Below, in pieces: positions 59,780-64,000 of a stretch of 64,000 nt of DNA. The DNA lies in the NCBI GenBank assembly GCA_965223865.1, contig OZ245020.1, positions 1,696,001 to 1,760,000 of the forward strand, written 5' to 3'. This DNA comes from Nitrosarchaeum sp. GTDB lineage: Archaea; Thermoproteota; Nitrososphaeria; Nitrososphaerales; Nitrosopumilaceae. Numbering within the stretch: position 1 is the stretch's first letter; every line of letters starts with the position of its first letter. Position numbers and translations under genes: made by a program. A model generated the notes under the pieces. It was not told the DNA's origin. It did not search any database and worked only from the letters and a program-made list of their open reading frames with translations.

Positions 59780-60550
59780 ATGAAATTAAACCAAATTATT
59801 TTGTTTACATTCATTTCAATCATCATATTATTTCCTATCACAATTTATGGAGAAGTATCAGTAAATGATGGGGCAACATATATTGAGAATCAATATGTTG
59901 GAGAAGAGGAATCAATAGAGCAAAGTCCATTGGATTCATTAATCGACACAATGATTGATGAAGTAATTGCAATATCTGCAACCATTTTGGCAACGGGTTT
60001 AGGCTCACTGTTCATGTGGCTTAGAAAGAAAGGAATTGAGATCACCCCAGAACAGGAAAAAATGTTCAAAGAAATTCTTACAACTAGATACAAAAAACTT
60101 GCAAAAGACAGCTGGAAGGTATTTAGAAAAGACGAGGCAAAGTTTGTAGAGGCTCTAAAAGAAGGAAGAATACCAAAGGATTTAGCAGAAACATTGAAAA
60201 CCAACGGTAAAGAATTTGCAGATGAACTTCTAAAGAAAGATGAATTCCAAGACTTTTCGAAAAACCTTGCCAAAGGAACAATAGAAAAGATACTTGAAAA
60301 CATTAGAACTGAACTCAAGAATGAAAATCAGAAAAAATTGTTAGATGTACTACCAAAAGTTGCATCAATTGCTGTGGATTCAGCCTTTAAGGAGAACAGA
60401 AGTGTCAAAGAGTGGGGAGAAGAAGCACTGAAAAACATCAAACCGTTGTTGGTGAATGCAGAGGCACTTGAAAAAGAATCAAACTTGATGATAATAATCC
60501 AAGCAGAGATTAACAAGAGGCTTCAGGCAGAAATCAACGCAAAGTCTTAG
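59780..60550 (+). CDS. hypothetical membrane protein
   Basis: Signal peptide, second TM, helical K/E-rich C-domain. Confidence 0.75.
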   Translation: MKLNQIILFTFISIIILFPITIYGEVSVNDGATYIENQYVGEEESIEQSPLDSLIDTMIDEVIAISATILATGLGSLFMWLRKKGIEITPEQEKMFKEILTTRYKKLAKDSWKVFRKDEAKFVEALKEGRIPKDLAETLKTNGKEFADELLKKDEFQDFSKNLAKGTIEKILENIRTELKNENQKKLLDVLPKVASIAVDSAFKENRSVKEWGEEALKNIKPLLVNAEALEKESNLMIIIQAEINKRLQAEINAKS

Positions 60551-60591
60551 ACTTCTCTATAAGAGATTAAGATCGTAGTAATAAAATATCA

Positions 60592-62085
60592 TTATCCAAA
60601 AATACTAGATTTTTGTTCTAGTATTTTTTTGGCAGCAAGTGAAGCAATTGTCATGACAGTTAACTGGGGATTTACTCCTAATGAGGTAGGAAATACGCTG
60701 GCATCACAAATGTAAAGATTTTCAATGTCATGAGAACGACAATATGAATTAACAACCGAAGTTTTTTTATCAGCACCCATTCTGTTGCCACCTTGTGGAT
60801 GAGCAGATGCCAATCTAAATGATCCCAAGCCAGAACCACGTTCATCAATCAAGGAAAGATCAGCTATACTTTCAAGAACAGTTTTTTGGATATGCCCTGT
60901 TATGACTTTGGTTGCACCAGCTGCAAAAAATATTTCTGCAACAGTCTTTAGTCCTTTGAGAAGTTTTTTCCCGTCAGTTTCACTAAGAATATAATCAACA
61001 ACTGCATCGTTGCTCCAATTCAAAGAAACAGAACCATTTGCCTCATCCTGAATTAAAACACCTGCTATTGCAGAATAATCATATTTTTTAATAAATTCAG
61101 TATTTTCATTTCCTATACCAGGGGTTGCAGTCGAAAAAGTTGCTGGAGAAACAAATACAGATTCTATCATAAATCCTGGTTTTTTAGTTTTAACAATACC
61201 AAATTCATCACAATGAAATGCCATGGACAAGTCATTTTGTCCATTAATGACATGATCAAATTGTGCAATTACTGATGAGGCAGGATGAAAGCTGAGATGT
61301 TTTCCAATATGTCCACTATTATTTGCAATCTTGTTTTGAAGCAATAATTCAGAAGATGCAATTGCACCAGCAGATAATACAATAATGGTTGGGTTTACAT
61401 CTATTGTTATAGTTTTATCAGAGGTTGTGTGAACAGCTTGGATTTTTGATATTTTGTTTCCATTTTTTAAAATTTTTGTAGCTTTGCAATTTGCATAAAT
61501 TTCAAGGTTCTCAGGATCTGCCTTTTCCAAATAAGAAAGCAAGACGTTTTGTTTGATTCCTCCTTCATCTATGATGTAATTTTTATACATCCAATCTCCA
61601 GAATAACCTAATTTTTTACATCCAATCTCTAGCTTTTCATGAGATATACCTGCATCTGTTATTTTTCTTACTTGGATTTGTGTTTCTACTTCTGCATATT
61701 CATTATGTAATTCATCTTTTGAAAATTCAACCCCAGTTTCTGATTTCCAGATCTGGAGAGTCTCATCTGGAATTCGAAAACACATTCCATAGTTGATTAT
61801 TGTAGAGCCCCCAACACATTCGCCTTGAGTAATGGCTAATAGAGGGAGTCTAGTTACTTGTGCACCTCTATTCTTCCATAATTTTTGTAAATTCTCTTCT
61901 CTTGTTTCAGATTTAATTTCATCATGAGTGTGATAATCACCCTTTTCTAACATTAGCACCTTGAGTCCAGATTGAGCCAGATGATATCCAACTACTGCGC
62001 CTCCAGCACCAGTTCCAATGATGCATACATCCACATCTTTTGTTTCATTTACATTAAATGATGTCTTGATGTTAAGAGTAGTCAA
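60592..62085 (-). CDS. GMC family FAD oxidoreductase (start probably TTG 62085, coupled to the upstream stop)
   Basis: GTGAGG, GECVGGSTIIN, AHPQGGNRMG, DASVFPTSLGVNPQLT. Confidence 0.92.
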   Translation of the reverse strand: MTTLNIKTSFNVNETKDVDVCIIGTGAGGAVVGYHLAQSGLKVLMLEKGDYHTHDEIKSETREENLQKLWKNRGAQVTRLPLLAITQGECVGGSTIINYGMCFRIPDETLQIWKSETGVEFSKDELHNEYAEVETQIQVRKITDAGISHEKLEIGCKKLGYSGDWMYKNYIIDEGGIKQNVLLSYLEKADPENLEIYANCKATKILKNGNKISKIQAVHTTSDKTITIDVNPTIIVLSAGAIASSELLLQNKIANNSGHIGKHLSFHPASSVIAQFDHVINGQNDLSMAFHCDEFGIVKTKKPGFMIESVFVSPATFSTATPGIGNENTEFIKKYDYSAIAGVLIQDEANGSVSLNWSNDAVVDYILSETDGKKLLKGLKTVAEIFFAAGATKVITGHIQKTVLESIADLSLIDERGSGLGSFRLASAHPQGGNRMGADKKTSVVNSYCRSHDIENLYICDASVFPTSLGVNPQLTVMTIASLAAKKILEQKSSIFG

Positions 62086-62783
62086 TTGATATAACTCCTC
62101 CTTAGGACTTCTCCACGGTAGCCAATTTTGTCCCATGAAAGATGACTGGTGTAATAACTATATCCAATAAGGGCCTTTAATGCTACAGGTGCCAAATTAA
62201 GAATTTCAGATTCAGCCCAGATGTGCATATAGTCAACCTGATCTTTATCTGATAGATGGATAAATCTACTAAATCGAAACTTTCCTTTTGTCAGACTGAT
62301 TAGAAATACTGCAAATACAGAATCAAAAAAGAAAAACAGTATCTTAAGGGATTCCAGATAAGACTTTCGCATTGATTCCATCATTTGTTGAGAAATTTTT
62401 GATGTATCTGCAAGCAGTGCATCATGTTGGTCATCATTTGGATCTTCTTTAGGAAATAAAGATTGGATTAATGCATCAAGAATCTCAATGTATTGATTAA
62501 ATCGATGCATGGCATGTTTTACTCCAACTATGAATAACACTGCAAATACAGATGCAGGGATTATTGTCAATGTAAAATCATTTGTTTGAAGTAAAATCAC
62601 CATTCCAAATACAATAGTTGCAAGTCCACCTATCAGAGCATATCGCTTTTGGGCGTTACCACTGCTCCATAGTTTTCCAAGAAAGATTACAAGAAGATGA
62701 TTAATTTTTACTGTAAAAAAACCTATTCCATAGCCAATCAAAAGGGACAGGATCAAGTAGACAATCAGATCAGATGTTGACAT
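62082..62783 (-). CDS. membrane protein with a C-terminal gluconate-2-dehydrogenase subunit 3-like domain
   Basis: Three N-terminal TM helices; RFIHLS...Q..Y...W ... LKALI..SYY....WDKIGY.G; translationally coupled to the GMC gene. Confidence 0.65.
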   Translation of the reverse strand: MSTSDLIVYLILSLLIGYGIGFFTVKINHLLVIFLGKLWSSGNAQKRYALIGGLATIVFGMVILLQTNDFTLTIIPASVFAVLFIVGVKHAMHRFNQYIEILDALIQSLFPKEDPNDDQHDALLADTSKISQQMMESMRKSYLESLKILFFFFDSVFAVFLISLTKGKFRFSRFIHLSDKDQVDYMHIWAESEILNLAPVALKALIGYSYYTSHLSWDKIGYRGEVLRRSYIN

Positions 62784-63042
62784 TATTTGTCATACTCGTA
62801 ATTAGTACAAATAATTTTAGAATATTATGACAGGATTTGCATACAAATTTAATTTCATAACAAGTCTGGTTTAAATCCTCCAAGTTTCACATTCATCTTA
62901 ACCTGAAAAAGGTTCGTGGCAGATTCGATCGAAGTGGGGCGGTAACTTGTCTCTAAAGCAGCTCCGTCTATGCTCAGAAGTAGGTAATTTAGTAGTTTTT
63001 TAGAAAATAAAATGTGGAAACACAGACAAAATCTAAAAAAAG

Positions 63043-63384
63043 TCAGACTTCACCTATGACCATGTAGGATATCTCTTCTATTTTTCCATTTCCCACAGAC
63101 CAAGTAATTTTCAATCGTTGCTTATTACAATAATCTCCAATTTTGAATTTTTCTGAAGAGGAGGGTCCACCAACCACCGGAGCTACGACGCTTAGTACTT
63201 TAATTTGTCTTAATCCTACAATTTTTGTAGGAGTTTTTTTGAAATTGCCTGCTGGGCCAATAGTCTTTTTTTCTGCTACATCGGCATCAGAACTATGTTG
63301 AATTGCATGATCGTCAAACATCACTTCTACATATCCACTTTTTTTCGTAGGCAAAACTATACCCGACATAATTTTTAATGTCAT
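63043..63384 (-). CDS. hypothetical beta-rich protein (H-type lectin/tail-fibre-like pattern)
   Basis: F.KTP.KIVGL ... LKITW ... ISYMVIG. Confidence 0.6.
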   Translation of the reverse strand: MTLKIMSGIVLPTKKSGYVEVMFDDHAIQHSSDADVAEKKTIGPAGNFKKTPTKIVGLRQIKVLSVVAPVVGGPSSSEKFKIGDYCNKQRLKITWSVGNGKIEEISYMVIGEV

Positions 63385-63758
63385 TGATTGAAAATTAGAT
63401 TACTAAGTTTTATGTATTGCATAACAATTGATTTAATTCAATTCTCTTAGTCCTAGTGAGCATTTGTGCTTCAAAGAATTCCTCCTATATCTAGGTGGAA
63501 TTATTTTAAGACTATGATGATATACGGACCCGACAGTCTGTTTGCTTTTAGCGGTATTTTGAAAATTAGTTTCTCATTGTAGTATAGATAATACAATTTT
63601 AAAACATATTGTTAGGTGCGAATCTCAATAGATTCAAATCAAAGTTAACGAAATAATTGGTGTTTTTCAAATCCAATTACCTTGATAAATAAACTATTGT
63701 AATTCGAAACAAAAAATCTTATATTTTTTAAATTATACTTTGTGGTGTGTCACAAAAT

Positions 63759-64000
63759 ATGAAAACAAAAAAGAAACCTTCTCATGCTTTACCAAAATTC
63801 ACAAAACATCTTTCAAATGAAGCTCAACATCAATTAGGGGCAGTTCAAACATTATCTTCATTTCTCTCAACTGCTGGAAAACTGAGTATTACAGACAGGA
63901 AAACAATTGTTGAACAAGCTTTGGTACTTTTAGAAGATATCTATGTTCATCTTCCATTAAAAAAGGCAATGCATGCAGTTGATCCTATCCAAAAACTTAG
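63759..64000 (+). CDS. 5' part of a probable S41 family peptidase; partial
   Basis: IVEQALVLLEDIYVHLPLKKAMHAVDPIQKL resembles the N-terminus of bacterial S41 peptidases; open to the window end. Confidence 0.6.
   Translation, partial: MKTKKKPSHALPKFTKHLSNEAQHQLGAVQTLSSFLSTAGKLSITDRKTIVEQALVLLEDIYVHLPLKKAMHAVDPIQKL

Noticed and set aside
63514-63565. ATGATGA...CCGA...TTGA C/D candidate
   Set aside because: No recognisable C' box and weak D boxes

Overview
AT-rich archaeal chromosome segment, almost certainly from an ammonia-oxidising thaumarchaeon of the Nitrosopumilus type. This rests on TFB, TBP, SUI1, Sec61-beta, a CdvB/ESCRT-III paralog, class I LysRS, Elp3, cofC/D/G/H, DUF2070/DUF1512 and an archaeal RNase P RNA. 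Positions 1-47000 are mostly core genes, interrupted by three accessory stretches: an Arg/Pro-catabolism block (~7.4-11.7 kb) whose strand bias looks inverted, a patch next to tRNA-Pro (~21.6-25.6 kb), and a gene-poor 37.4-38.7 kb region. From ~47 kb onward the window is accessory-rich: microproteins, ferritin/NRAMP/carbonic anhydrase-like genes, a frameshifted aldo-keto reductase, and a PLD / ComEC-MBL / GMC oxidoreductase / S41 peptidase island. Non-coding signals read directly from the sequence are RNase P RNA, tRNA-Pro(TGG), one convincing and one possible C/D-box sRNA, an unexplained ~80-nt hairpin RNA, a perfect 21-bp x12 coding repeat, a 22-bp promoter repeat and an operator palindrome. 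No CRISPR array, integrase or intact transposase was seen. All family calls come from motif recognition by eye, not from database searches.
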